Shown here: piece by piece, positions 37,204 through 47,264 of the stretch
Position numbering within the stretch: the stretch's first letter is position 1
Layout: every line of letters begins with the position of its first letter
Source: an uncultured Candidatus Rokubacteria bacterium
Lineage (GTDB): Bacteria; Methylomirabilota; Methylomirabilia; Rokubacteriales; CSP1-6
Direction of reading: 5' to 3'
Length of the DNA stretch: 64,000 bases
NCBI GenBank assembly: GCA_963762145.1
Contig: CAVXJS010000021.1
Coordinates: forward strand, 448,001-512,000
Translations under genes and position numbers: made by a program
Notes under the pieces: generated by a model
What the model was told of the DNA's origin: nothing
Databases searched by the model: none
The model's input: the letters and a program-made list of their open reading frames with translations, nothing else

Positions 37204-38046
37204 GTGCGGATGCGAAGCGCGGCGCGCCTGTTTCCCCTCCTCGCGGTGGCGCTCGTCGCCCTCGGGGCGGAGGCCACGCGCGCCCAGAGCCCGGAGCTGC
37301 CGATCTTCGACACGCACATCCACTACAGCGCGGCCGACTGGGTCGAGTATCCGCCCGAGCGCATCCTCGGCATCCTCGAGAAGGCGGGCATCCGGCGGGC
37401 GCTCGTCTCGAGCACGCCCGACGACGGGACCCTCACGCTCCACGCGCGAGATCCCAAGCGCATCGTCCCGATCCTGCGGCCGTACCGCACCCGGGACGAC
37501 ATGGGCCACTGGTGGCAGGACGCCGCGGTGCTCGCCTACGTGCAGGAGCGCATCCAGAAGAACCGCGGCGTGCACAAGGGCATCGGCGAGTTCCACCTCT
37601 TCGGCGGGCAGACCGGGACCTTCGTGGTCAAGCGCATCACCGAGCTCGCGGTGCAGGAGAACATCTATCTCCACGCCCACTCGGACGAGCTCGCGATCAT
37701 CGAGCTGTTCACGATCGAGCCGCGTCTCCGGGTGATCTGGGCCCACGCGGGCATGTCCTCGGGTCCGCAGGCGGTGGGCGCCCTGCTCGACCGCTACCCG
37801 AACCTGTGGGTGGACCTGGCCATCCGCAACAGCGACGTGGCCCCGGGCGGCACGCTCGACCCGGGCTGGCGCGCGGTGTTCCTCCGCCACCCGGATCGCT
37901 TCCTCGCGGGAACCGATACCTGGATGACCTCGCGGTGGGAGGCGCTGCCCGGGTCGGTCACCGAGGTGCGCGGCTACCTGAGCCAGCTGCCGCGCGACGT
38001 AGCCGAGAAGATCGCCTACAAGAACGCCGAGCGGCTGTTTCCGTAG
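37204..38046 (+). CDS. Amidohydrolase family protein (exported)
   Basis: Signal peptide; DTHIHY, GIGEFH, HAH, WAHAG and AGTD metal ligands. Confidence 0.85.
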   Translation: MRMRSAARLFPLLAVALVALGAEATRAQSPELPIFDTHIHYSAADWVEYPPERILGILEKAGIRRALVSSTPDDGTLTLHARDPKRIVPILRPYRTRDDMGHWWQDAAVLAYVQERIQKNRGVHKGIGEFHLFGGQTGTFVVKRITELAVQENIYLHAHSDELAIIELFTIEPRLRVIWAHAGMSSGPQAVGALLDRYPNLWVDLAIRNSDVAPGGTLDPGWRAVFLRHPDRFLAGTDTWMTSRWEALPGSVTEVRGYLSQLPRDVAEKIAYKNAERLFP

Positions 38047-38066
38047 CCCGGCGTTGTTCGATTCGA

Positions 38067-38149
38067 GCGCCGGCTTCGCCGGCGCAATCCGTTTCTGGGG
38101 GAGGCTCGGAGGGGGCCCCCGCTTGGACTTCAGAAGGGGCCCCCTTCGA
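38067..38149. terminator. Paired GC-rich hairpins between convergent genes (terminator or repeat)
   Basis: GCGCCGGC-TTC-GCCGGCGC (38067-38085) and tcggagggggcccc...ggggcccccttcga (38106-38149). Confidence 0.5.
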
Positions 38150-38151
38150 CG

Positions 38152-39177
38152 TTACACGCCCAGCTCGGCCGCCGTCGTCTCGATCTGGCTCCAGGTCTGA
38201 TCCTCGATCGGGATCCCCTGCCGGCGGCGCTCCGCCTCGAGCCGCGCTTCCGGCTCGCCGGGGATCAGGATCTCGGTGGCGCCCTGCGCGAGCGGCGCCG
38301 ACTTCACCCACCCGAAGAGCGAGGCCACCTGGCGGTGGAACTCGGGCAGCGGCAGGAACCGCTCCACGTCGAGGCAGATCATGAGCGTGCCGTTGGCGAA
38401 GACGCCCGGCGGCGGCCCCGCGGGGCCGGTGCCGGAGAGGATGCCGCCCAGGATCTCGACCGCGAGCGAGAGCCCGTAACCCTTGTGCTCGCCCGAGGTG
38501 AGCAGCGCGCCGGGCGGGGTGCCGTAGAAGATCTCGGGATCCGTCTGCGGCCGGCCGTCGGCGTCCACGAACCAGCCGGGAGGGGCCGGCTGCTTGCGGT
38601 TGCGCTTCACCCGCAGCTTGCCCTCGGCCACCACGCTGGTGGCGAAGTCGAGCACCATCGCGGGGCCGCCCGCGCCCGGGATGCCGACCGCGTGCGGGTT
38701 CGTGCCGAGGCGCCGCGCGGCGCCGCCCCACGGCGCCACGTTGAGCCCGTGCACGCAGTTGGCCCAGAGCATGCCCACCAGGCCGGCGCCGGCGGCCATC
38801 TCCGCGTAGTCCGCGAGCCGTCCGACGTGGCTGGTGCGCGAGGTCGATGCCGCGCTCAGGCCGCCCGCCTTCGCCTTCGCGATCGCCATCTCCATCGCGC
38901 GGCGGCCGACCACCTGGCCGAAGCCCCCGCCGCCGTCGAGCCGCACGAGGGCGGGCGTCTCCGCGGTGACCGTCACCGGGGATCGCGGATCGACCTCCTT
39001 CTTCTTCACCGACTCCCAGTACTGCGGGATGCGTATGACGCCGTGCGAGTCGTGGCCGCGCAGGTTCGCGCGCACGAGCAGCGCGGCGATCCACGCCGCG
39101 TCGCCGGCCGGCGCGCCCATCGCGGTGAAGATGCGGGTGGCCTTCGCTTCGAGCTGGGCGGGTTCGATGGTCGGCAT
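38152..39177 (-). CDS. Ldh_2 family (malate/L-lactate/L-sulfolactate-type) oxidoreductase
   Basis: GHDSHGV, GFGQ, LGTNP, DFATS and HKGYGL. Confidence 0.92.
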   Translation of the reverse strand: MPTIEPAQLEAKATRIFTAMGAPAGDAAWIAALLVRANLRGHDSHGVIRIPQYWESVKKKEVDPRSPVTVTAETPALVRLDGGGGFGQVVGRRAMEMAIAKAKAGGLSAASTSRTSHVGRLADYAEMAAGAGLVGMLWANCVHGLNVAPWGGAARRLGTNPHAVGIPGAGGPAMVLDFATSVVAEGKLRVKRNRKQPAPPGWFVDADGRPQTDPEIFYGTPPGALLTSGEHKGYGLSLAVEILGGILSGTGPAGPPPGVFANGTLMICLDVERFLPLPEFHRQVASLFGWVKSAPLAQGATEILIPGEPEARLEAERRRQGIPIEDQTWSQIETTAAELGV

Positions 39178-39198
39178 GTCGGCTACAATACTCCAGCG

Positions 39199-39540
39199 AT
39201 GGAACCGACGAAAGCCGAGCGCGAGTTCTTCGATCCGGCGCCCCTGCCGTGGCGGCCCGCTCCCGGATTTGCCGCCGGCGTCTGGGAGCAGATCATCAGC
39301 GGCGGAGTCGACGAGGGCGTGACCACGCGCCTGCTCCGCTTCGACCCCGGTTCCGGCAACGACCGGGTCGTGACCCACGACTTCTGGGAGGAGATCTACA
39401 TCATCTCGGGCACGCTCGAGTGCGGCGGCCGCCCCTATCCGGCGGGCTCGGTCGCGGTGCGGCCGCCCGGCATGCCGCACGGGCCGTTTCACTCCGCCGC
39501 GGGGTGCGTGAGCTTCGAGGTCCGCTACCGGGCGCGCTGA
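39199..39540 (+). CDS. Cupin domain protein (ChrR-like)
   Basis: HDFWEEIYIISG and RPPGMPHGPF. Confidence 0.85.
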   Translation: MEPTKAEREFFDPAPLPWRPAPGFAAGVWEQIISGGVDEGVTTRLLRFDPGSGNDRVVTHDFWEEIYIISGTLECGGRPYPAGSVAVRPPGMPHGPFHSAAGCVSFEVRYRAR

Positions 39541-40517
39541 TGGCGGCCCCCCCGGCCTGGCGCTCGGCCGATCTGCCCATCCGGGTCGGCATCTCCTCCT
39601 GCCTGCTGGGCGAGGAGGTGCGCTACGACGGCGGCCACCAGAAGGACGCCTACATCACCGGCGTGCTCGCGCGCCACTTCACGTGGGTGCCGGTGTGCCC
39701 GGAGCTGGAGGTCGGCATGGGCGTGCCGCGCGAGCCGATCCGGCTGGTTGGCGACGCGGCCTCTCCGCGCCTGCTGGGCGTCGCGAGCGGGACCGACCAC
39801 ACCGACCGCATGGACGCGTTCGCGCGCCGGCGCGTGGAGGAGCTGCGGCGGCGCGAGCTCAGCGGCTACATCCTGAAGCGCGGCTCGCCCTCCTGCGGCC
39901 TCGAGCGGGTGAAGCTCTACACAGGGGACGGGCCGCCCGTGCGCACCGGCACCGGGCTCTTCGCGCGCGGGCTCACCGACGCGTTGCCGCTCCTGCCGGT
40001 GGAGGAGGAAGGCCGGCTCAACGACGCGCACCTGCGCGACAACTTCATCACCCGGGTCTTCGCCTACCGGCGCCTCGCCGCGCTGCGGGCCGCCGAGCCG
40101 CGCCCGGCCGCGGTGGTGGAGTTCCACACCGCGCACAAGTACCTGCTCCTCGCGCACAGCCCCGCGGCCTACGCGCGGCTGGGCCACCTAGTCGCGGAGG
40201 TTCCCCGCCTCGCGCGCGCGGGCTGGCTCGACGGGTACGCCGCGGGCTTCATGGCCGCCCTCGCCACGCGGGCGACGATCAAGAAGCACGTCAACGTCCT
40301 GCAGCACATCGTGGGCTTCTTCAAGACGCGGCTCGCGGCCGCCGAGAAGCGCGAGCTGCTCGGGATCATCGGCGACTACGCGGCCGGGCTCGTCCCGCTG
40401 GTGGTGCCCATCACGCTGATCAACCACCACGTCGCGCGCTTCGACGTGGCCTACGTCCGCGACCAGATCTACCTGCGGCCGCACCCGAAGGAGCTCATGC
40501 TCCGCAACCACGTATGA
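39540..40517 (+). CDS. DUF523 (TudS-like) + DUF1722 (YbgA) fusion protein
   Basis: SSCLLGEEVRYDG, VCPE, SPSCG, EEEGRLND and HKYLLLAH. Confidence 0.92.
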   Translation: MAAPPAWRSADLPIRVGISSCLLGEEVRYDGGHQKDAYITGVLARHFTWVPVCPELEVGMGVPREPIRLVGDAASPRLLGVASGTDHTDRMDAFARRRVEELRRRELSGYILKRGSPSCGLERVKLYTGDGPPVRTGTGLFARGLTDALPLLPVEEEGRLNDAHLRDNFITRVFAYRRLAALRAAEPRPAAVVEFHTAHKYLLLAHSPAAYARLGHLVAEVPRLARAGWLDGYAAGFMAALATRATIKKHVNVLQHIVGFFKTRLAAAEKRELLGIIGDYAAGLVPLVVPITLINHHVARFDVAYVRDQIYLRPHPKELMLRNHV

Positions 40518-40689
40518 CGGGCTGTGGGTCTGACGGGTTGTGGCAGCGCGCCTCCCGCCGTATTCTGGACGGGCGCGACCATGACGCGATCCCGGCGGAG
40601 CTTCCGTCATTCCTAGCAGCCTCCACGCGCGGGCGAGCGCCGAGCGTCGAGCGGGGTCCGGCGAAGGCATCCCCTGGATCCACGTCGGC

Positions 40690-43686
40690 GTGTTCCTCGC
40701 GGGCACGATCCTGGTCGTGCTGTTCACCGCGCACCAGCTCGACACCGAGCGGGAAACCGCCCTCACCCACTGGAAGAGCCGCCTCGCCACCATCACCGTC
40801 GACCGGACCCGTCTCGTCTCGAGCTGGCTCGCGGCCCGCCGCGCCGACGCGGAGGTGCTCGCCGCCTTCCCGGCGGTGCGCGCGCAGCTCGCGGGTCAGA
40901 CGCGGGACGACGAGGCGCTCGCGCGGCACCTGAGCCGCGTCGCCGCGGCCTACGGCTACGTGGGCATCGTGGTCGCGGACGCGAACGGCCACACTGCGGC
41001 CCGGTCCGCGTCCGACCCCGGGCTCGCGGCCGTGCTGCTGGAGCACGCCGCGGAGCAGGCCGCGCAGGTGGCCCGGAGCCGGAAGCCGCGCTTCGAGCTC
41101 GCGGGCGTGGGCGCGGGGCGGCTGCTCGTGGTCACGGTGCCCGTCTTCTCCGACGGCGCGCCCGCCGGCCTCGACGGCGACACGCGGCCGCTCCTCGGCG
41201 TGGTCACGCTCGGCGCCCGGCCGGAGGCCGGCCTCTACCCGCTCCTCGCCGACGACGCGGACCCGACGCACACCAGCGAGACGCTCCTGATCGACCTCGA
41301 GAGCGAGCCGCCCGCCTTTCTCTCGCCGCTGCGCCACCCCCTCCCGGCCGACGCCGAGACGCCGAAGCGCTCCCTCGCCGCCCTGGCCGGGCTCGCCCAG
41401 GCCGGCGCGCAGGGCCACGAGGCGGTCGGCGAGATGGTGGACTATCGCGGCGTGCCGGTGGTGGCCGCGGTGCGCCGGGTCCCGCCCACCGGCTGGTCGC
41501 TCGCGCTCGAGGTGAACCGCGACGAGGCGCTCGCCGAGTTCCAGCGCTCGAGGCGGCTGGCCGGCGCGGCGGCCGCCTTCCTGCTCCTGGCCCTGGCCGG
41601 CTTCCTGATCGCGCTCCACCGCGAGCAGCAGCGCGCGCGGCTGCTCCAGCAGCAGATGCGCCAGGCCCGCGCGATGACGAGCCTGCAGAGCTACGCGGAC
41701 AAGATCGTGGCGAGCGTGCCCGCCGGCCTGCTCCTGCTCTCGGAAGACCTGCACGTCCTCTCGGCCAACCGCGCCTTCCTCGAGTCGTTCCGGCTCCGCG
41801 AGGAGGAAGTGCTGGGGCGCGACCTCCAGCAGCTCGTGCGGGCGGAGCGGCTCATGCGCGGCGCCCGCGAGGCGCTCGCCACCGGCGCGACCCAGCAGGC
41901 CGGCCTCTACGAGCTCTACGTGTACGCGCGCCGCGACACCAAGCCCGCGCGCATCACCATGAGCGCGATTCACCTGGCCGACGACGAGCCGCCGCGCCTG
42001 CTCCTGATCGTCGAGGACCTCACCGAGGAGGAGCGGCTGCAGGCGGCCCACCAGGAGTCGGAGCAGCGCTACCGCGATCTCATCCAGGGCCTCGACGCCA
42101 TCGTGTGGGAAGCCGACGCGCACACCCTCACCTTCTCCTTCGTCAGCCGCCGCGCCGAGACCGTCCTCGGCTACCCGGTGGAGCGCTGGCTGCGCGAGCC
42201 CGACTTCTGGGCCCGCCGCATCCACCCGGAGGACCGCGACACGGTCATGCAGACCTACCGCACCGCGATCGCGGAGGCGCGGGACCACGAGTTCGAGTAC
42301 CGGGCGATCGCGGCGGACGGCCGCGAGGTGTGGCTGCGCGACATCGTCCACGTGGTACGCGACCCGGACGGCCGGGCCGCCACCCTGCGCGGCCTCACGG
42401 TGGACCTCACCGAGCTGAAGCGCTCGGAGCGCGCGCTGCACACGAGCGAGGAGCAGCTCCGGCAGGCGCAGAAGATGGACGCGGTGGGCAAGCTCGCGGG
42501 CGGAATCGCCCACGACTTCAACAACCTGCTGATGGTCATCCGCGGCGACAGCGACCTCATGCTGCGCCGCCTCGCGCCCGGCCACTCCCTGCGCCGCAAC
42601 GCGGAGGGCATCCGCGACGCGGCCGACCAGGCGGCCACCCTCACGCGGCAGCTCCTCGCGTTCAGCCGCAAGCAGGTCATGGCCCCGCGCCTCGTGGATC
42701 TCAACGGCATCGTGGCCAGCATCCACGCCATGCTCCAGCGGCTCCTCGGCGAGACGATCAACCTCGTCACGGTGACCGCGCCGGACCTGGGCGGGGTCAA
42801 GGCCGATCCCGGCCAGATGGAGCAGATGATCCTGAACCTCTGCGTGAACGCGCGCGACGCCATGCCCGACGGGGGCCGGCTCACCGTGCGCACCGCCAAC
42901 GTGGACCTGGACGAGGCGGCCGCCGCGCGCCTGAGCGACGCGCGGCCCGGCCCCTACGTCCTGCTCGAGGTCGGCGATACCGGGGTGGGCATGGATGCGG
43001 AGACCCGCTCGCACCTGTTCGAGCCGTTCTTCACCACCAAGGAGCAGGGCAAGGGGACCGGGCTCGGGCTCTCGACCGTGTACGGCACCGTGAAGCAGAG
43101 TGGCGGCCACATCTCGGTGGAGACCGAGCCGGGCCGCGGCTCCACGTTCACGGTCTATCTCCCCCGCGTGGCGGCTCAGGTCGGGCCGCCGGAGCGGCCC
43201 GCCGCGAACGCCCCCGCCTCGCGGAGCGGCGGCGCGCCCGAGGCGACCCTCACCCCGGGCCGCGGCGAGACCATCCTGCTGGTGGAGGACGCTCAGCGGG
43301 TACGGGCGGTGGTCCGGGAGATCCTCGAGATGAGCGGCTACGTCGTGCTCGAGGCGCGCCAGGGGGCGGAGGCCCTCGAGATCAGCAACCGGCACGCGGG
43401 ATCCATTCACCTGCTCGTCACCGACGTGGTCATGCCGCAGATGAGCGGGAGCGAGCTGGCGCAGCGCCTGGCCACCTTGCGCCCGGAGATGAAGGTGCTG
43501 TATATGTCCGGCTACACGGATGACGCCATCGTCAGGCACGGCGTGCTGGCCTCGGGCATCGCGTTTCTCTCCAAGCCGTTCACCCCGGACGCGCTCGCGC
43601 TCAAGGTGCGCGAGGTCCTCGACGGCGTGGCCGACCGGACGACCGCCGGCCCCTCCGTCACCCCCGGCGGCCGCACCCGCCGCTAG
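40690..43686 (+). CDS. Membrane hybrid sensor histidine kinase (Cache-like, PAS, PAS, HisKA, HATPase, REC)
   Basis: GGIAHDFNNLL, NARDAM, FEPFFTTK, GTGLGL and LLVTDVVMP; start uncertain. Confidence 0.92.
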   Translation: MFLAGTILVVLFTAHQLDTERETALTHWKSRLATITVDRTRLVSSWLAARRADAEVLAAFPAVRAQLAGQTRDDEALARHLSRVAAAYGYVGIVVADANGHTAARSASDPGLAAVLLEHAAEQAAQVARSRKPRFELAGVGAGRLLVVTVPVFSDGAPAGLDGDTRPLLGVVTLGARPEAGLYPLLADDADPTHTSETLLIDLESEPPAFLSPLRHPLPADAETPKRSLAALAGLAQAGAQGHEAVGEMVDYRGVPVVAAVRRVPPTGWSLALEVNRDEALAEFQRSRRLAGAAAAFLLLALAGFLIALHREQQRARLLQQQMRQARAMTSLQSYADKIVASVPAGLLLLSEDLHVLSANRAFLESFRLREEEVLGRDLQQLVRAERLMRGAREALATGATQQAGLYELYVYARRDTKPARITMSAIHLADDEPPRLLLIVEDLTEEERLQAAHQESEQRYRDLIQGLDAIVWEADAHTLTFSFVSRRAETVLGYPVERWLREPDFWARRIHPEDRDTVMQTYRTAIAEARDHEFEYRAIAADGREVWLRDIVHVVRDPDGRAATLRGLTVDLTELKRSERALHTSEEQLRQAQKMDAVGKLAGGIAHDFNNLLMVIRGDSDLMLRRLAPGHSLRRNAEGIRDAADQAATLTRQLLAFSRKQVMAPRLVDLNGIVASIHAMLQRLLGETINLVTVTAPDLGGVKADPGQMEQMILNLCVNARDAMPDGGRLTVRTANVDLDEAAAARLSDARPGPYVLLEVGDTGVGMDAETRSHLFEPFFTTKEQGKGTGLGLSTVYGTVKQSGGHISVETEPGRGSTFTVYLPRVAAQVGPPERPAANAPASRSGGAPEATLTPGRGETILLVEDAQRVRAVVREILEMSGYVVLEARQGAEALEISNRHAGSIHLLVTDVVMPQMSGSELAQRLATLRPEMKVLYMSGYTDDAIVRHGVLASGIAFLSKPFTPDALALKVREVLDGVADRTTAGPSVTPGGRTRR

Positions 43687-43713
43687 CGCCGCCGCGCCCC
43701 GGCCGCTTCCGTC

Positions 43714-44124
43714 ATGATCGATCGCCCCATTCGCGTGCTGGTGGCCAAGGTCGGCCTCGACGGACACGACCGCGGGGCGAAGATCGTGGCCCGCTGCCTT
43801 CGCGACGCGGGCATGGAGGTCGTCTACACCGGACTGCACCGCACGCCCGAGGAAGTGGTGGCGGCCGCGGTGCAGGAGGACGTCGACGTGCTCGGCATCA
43901 GCATCCTCTCGGGCGCCCACCTGACGCTCTTCCCCCGCGTGCTCGAGCTGATGCGCGGCGCGCGCGCCGGGGACATCCTGCTGGTGGCGGGCGGCGTCAT
44001 TCCGGACGAGGACGTGCCCGTGCTGCGCGACATGGGCGTGGCCGAGGTGATCCTGCAGGACACGCCGCCCGACACGATCGTCGCCCGCATCCGCGACCTG
44101 GTGGCGGCCCGGCCGACCTGCTGA
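43714..44124 (+). CDS. hcmB: B12-binding small subunit of acyl-CoA mutase (HcmB-like)
   Basis: GLDGHDRG...SILSGAH...GG cobalamin-binding motif; operon with a ligase and the large subunit. Confidence 0.8.
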   Translation: MIDRPIRVLVAKVGLDGHDRGAKIVARCLRDAGMEVVYTGLHRTPEEVVAAAVQEDVDVLGISILSGAHLTLFPRVLELMRGARAGDILLVAGGVIPDEDVPVLRDMGVAEVILQDTPPDTIVARIRDLVAARPTC

Positions 44125-44128
44125 TCCC

Positions 44129-45589
44129 ATGACCGAGCCGGATGAGGCCGCGCTCGGCCGGACGCGCGGCGTGGACCTGACGGTCTGGCCGCCGCGCTAC
44201 GACGCGACCTACCGGCCCGCCCCGTCCGCCGAGCACTGGCTGCCCGAGATCGAGTGCGCGGATCCGGCCGCGCGCGACGCGCTGATCTTCGCCAAGCTGA
44301 CCCACCAGGTGCGCTACGCGTGGGAGCGGAGCCCGTTCTACCGGCGCCGGTGGCAGGAGGCGGGCGTGTCGCCCGAGACCCTCAAGAGCCTCGACGACCT
44401 CGCGCGCTTCCCGGTGGTGCAGAAGGCGGAGCTGCGCGCCGCGCAGGCGGCCGCGCCGCCCTTCGGCGACTACCTCTGCATCGAGCCCGCGCAGGTGGCG
44501 CGCATCCACGGGACCAGCGGCACCACCGGGCGGCCCACCGTGTTCGGCATCGGAGCGGACGACTGGGACCGGATCGGCGAGGCCCACGCGCGCATCCTCT
44601 GGGGAGCCGGCATCCGGCCGGGCGACCGCATCCTGATCTGCTCGTTCTTCAGCCTCTATCTGGGCTCGTGGGGCGCCCTCGCGGGCGGGGAGCGGCTCGG
44701 CGCCACCGTGTTCCCCTTCGGGGCGGGCGCGCAGGGCCAGACGCTCGGGGCCGTGCAGTGGGCGCGCGATCTCCGCCCCTCCGCCTTCTACGGCACGCCG
44801 TCCTACGCGCTGCACTTCGCGGAGACCGCCCGCCGCGAGGGCATCGACCCCGCGGGCCTGGGCTTCCGCATCCTCTTCTTCTCCGGCGAGCCCGGCGCGG
44901 GGATCCCCGCGACCCGGGCGCTGATCGAGCAGACCTTCGGCGGCATCTGCGTGGACATGGGCAGCATGGCCGAGATGTCGCCCTGGATGACCAACGGCGA
45001 GTGCCGCCATCGGACCGGCATGCACCTCTGGCAGGATCTCGTCTACACGCAGGTCTGCGATCCGGAGACGTTCCGGCCCCTGCCCTACGGCGCCGAGGGC
45101 ACCCCCGTGTACACTCACCTCGAGCGGACGTCGCAGCCGATGATCCGGCTGGTCTCGGGCGACCGCGCGCGGTGGGTGGACGACCCGTGCCCCTGCGGGC
45201 GGACCTACCCGCGCCTGCCGCACGGCCTCTACGGCCGCTTCGACGACATGATCATCGTGCGCGGCGAGAACATCTACCCGAGCGCCATCGAGGACACGCT
45301 GCGCGCCATCGACGGCTTCGGCGGCGAGTTCCGGGTGATCGTCTCGCGCCGCGAGGCCATGGACGAGCTGCTGGTGCGCGCCGAGTACACCGCGGCCCAC
45401 GGCGGGCAGGTCGAGCCGCTGCGCGCCCTGATGCGCGAGCGCCTGCGGGCGCGCCTGGGCGTGCACCCGGTGGTGGATCTCGTCCCCGAGGGCACGCTCC
45501 TCCGCACCGAGTTCAAAGCCCGCCGCGTGATCGACGACCGCGATCTCTACCACCAGGGACTTCTACCCGGAGACACTCGCCATGTTTGA
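44129..45589 (+). CDS. Phenylacetate-CoA ligase family protein, probable 2-hydroxyisobutyrate-CoA ligase
   Basis: HGTSGTTGRP, GTPSYA and GRFDDM..RGENIYPS; lies between hcmB and hcmA. Confidence 0.8.
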   Translation: MTEPDEAALGRTRGVDLTVWPPRYDATYRPAPSAEHWLPEIECADPAARDALIFAKLTHQVRYAWERSPFYRRRWQEAGVSPETLKSLDDLARFPVVQKAELRAAQAAAPPFGDYLCIEPAQVARIHGTSGTTGRPTVFGIGADDWDRIGEAHARILWGAGIRPGDRILICSFFSLYLGSWGALAGGERLGATVFPFGAGAQGQTLGAVQWARDLRPSAFYGTPSYALHFAETARREGIDPAGLGFRILFFSGEPGAGIPATRALIEQTFGGICVDMGSMAEMSPWMTNGECRHRTGMHLWQDLVYTQVCDPETFRPLPYGAEGTPVYTHLERTSQPMIRLVSGDRARWVDDPCPCGRTYPRLPHGLYGRFDDMIIVRGENIYPSAIEDTLRAIDGFGGEFRVIVSRREAMDELLVRAEYTAAHGGQVEPLRALMRERLRARLGVHPVVDLVPEGTLLRTEFKARRVIDDRDLYHQGLLPGDTRHV

Positions 45590-47264
45590 TCCCGAAGCGC
45601 TCAAGCGCCTGGCCGCCGAGAAGGCGGCCTGGGACGCCAAGGAGCTCGCCGAGTTCCTCGCCCGCCAGCCGGAGGCGCGCACCGACTATCGCACCGGCTC
45701 CGGCATGCCGGTGCAGCGCCTGTACACGCCGGCGGACATCGCGGACGCGCCCGCCGACAACATCGGCCTGCCCGGCCAGTTCCCCTACACGCGCGGGCCG
45801 TATCCCACGATGTACCGCGGGCGCAACTGGACGATGCGCCAAATCGCGGGCTTCGGCACCGGGGCCGACACCAACGGGCGCTTTCGCTACCTGATCGAGC
45901 AGGGGCAGACCGGGCTCAGCGTGGACTTCGACATGCCGACCCTGATGGGCTACGACTCCGACGATCCGCGCTCGCTCGGCGAGGTCGGCCGCGAGGGGGT
46001 CGCCATCGACACCCTCGACGACATGGAGGCGCTCTTCGCGGACATCGACCTCGAGCGCATCTCGGTCTCGATGACGATCAACCCGAGCGCGTGGATCCTC
46101 CTCGCGATGTACGTGGCGCTCGCGGAGTCGCGCGGCTTCGACCTGAACAAGCTGTCCGGCACCGTGCAGGCCGACATCCTGAAGGAGTACATCGCGCAGA
46201 AGGAGTGGATCTTCCCGATCCGCCCCTCGATGCGCGTGATGCGCGACATGATCGTGTGGAGCGCGCGGAATCTCGCCCGCTACAACCCCATCAACATCAG
46301 CGGCTATCACATCTCCGAAGCGGGGGCGACCTCGGTGCAGGAGCTCGCCTTCACGATGGCGAACGCGATCGCCTACGTGGAGGAGGTGACCCGGGCGGGG
46401 GTGCCGGTCGACGAGTTCGCGCCGCGCCTGGCCTTCTACTTCGTAGCCCAGGCCGACTTCTTCGAGGAGGTCGCCAAGTTCCGCGCGGCCCGGCGCATCT
46501 ACGCGCGGCTCATGAAGGACCGCTTCGGCGCGACGAAGGCCGAGTCGATGCGCCTGCGCTTCCACTGCCAGACCGCGGCGGCCACCCTCACCAAGGCGCA
46601 GCCGCTCAACAACATCATCCGCACCGCCTTCCAGGCGCTGTCCGCGGTGCTGGGCGGGGCCCAGTCGCTCCACACCAACGGCATGGACGAGGCCTACGCG
46701 ATCCCCTCCGAGGAGGCGATGAAGATCGCGCTGCGGACCCAGCAGATCATCGCGATGGAGACGCGCGTGCCGCAGGTGGTGGATCCGCTCGGCGGCTCCT
46801 ACTACGTCGAGGCGCTGACCAACCGCGTCGAGGCCGAGGTCCTCCGCATCCTGGCCAAGGTGGACGCGATGGGCGGCACCATCAAGGCCATCGAGGAGGG
46901 CTTCTTCCAGCACGAGATCGCCGACTCCGCCTACGACTTCGCCCGGCGCAAGGCGGCGGGCGAGCAGCCAGTCATAGGCGTCAATACACTGGTCGAACCG
47001 TCCGAGCCGCCGCCCCTGCCCATCCACAAGGTGGACCCCGCGGTGGAGGCGCGCCAGATCGGCCGGCTGAAGGACGTGCGGCGGCGGCGCGACCAGGCCC
47101 TCGTGGATCGCCTGATGGACCGGCTCGAGCGCGAGGCGCGCGAGCCCGCGACCAACATCATGCCGGTGACGATCGAGCTCGTGAAGGCGCGCGCCACGCT
47201 GGGCGAGATCGTGGCGCGGCTCCGCCACGTCTGGGGCGCCTACATCGAGCGGCCGGTGTTCTGA
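45582..47264 (+). CDS. hcmA: 2-hydroxyisobutyryl-CoA mutase large subunit
   Basis: Acyl-CoA mutase fold with TMRQIAGF (Ile88 in place of MCM Tyr or ICM Phe) and SVDFD (Asp115), matching HcmA Ile90/Asp117. Confidence 0.82.
   Translation: MFDPEALKRLAAEKAAWDAKELAEFLARQPEARTDYRTGSGMPVQRLYTPADIADAPADNIGLPGQFPYTRGPYPTMYRGRNWTMRQIAGFGTGADTNGRFRYLIEQGQTGLSVDFDMPTLMGYDSDDPRSLGEVGREGVAIDTLDDMEALFADIDLERISVSMTINPSAWILLAMYVALAESRGFDLNKLSGTVQADILKEYIAQKEWIFPIRPSMRVMRDMIVWSARNLARYNPINISGYHISEAGATSVQELAFTMANAIAYVEEVTRAGVPVDEFAPRLAFYFVAQADFFEEVAKFRAARRIYARLMKDRFGATKAESMRLRFHCQTAAATLTKAQPLNNIIRTAFQALSAVLGGAQSLHTNGMDEAYAIPSEEAMKIALRTQQIIAMETRVPQVVDPLGGSYYVEALTNRVEAEVLRILAKVDAMGGTIKAIEEGFFQHEIADSAYDFARRKAAGEQPVIGVNTLVEPSEPPPLPIHKVDPAVEARQIGRLKDVRRRRDQALVDRLMDRLEREAREPATNIMPVTIELVKARATLGEIVARLRHVWGAYIERPVF

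Noticed and set aside
44110-44130. Other TGA stops near Cys (e.g. hcmB ...RPTC-TGA) as further selenocysteine sites
   Set aside because: The domain is complete before the stop, the next gene starts immediately, and no SECIS-like hairpin or redox motif spans the codon.
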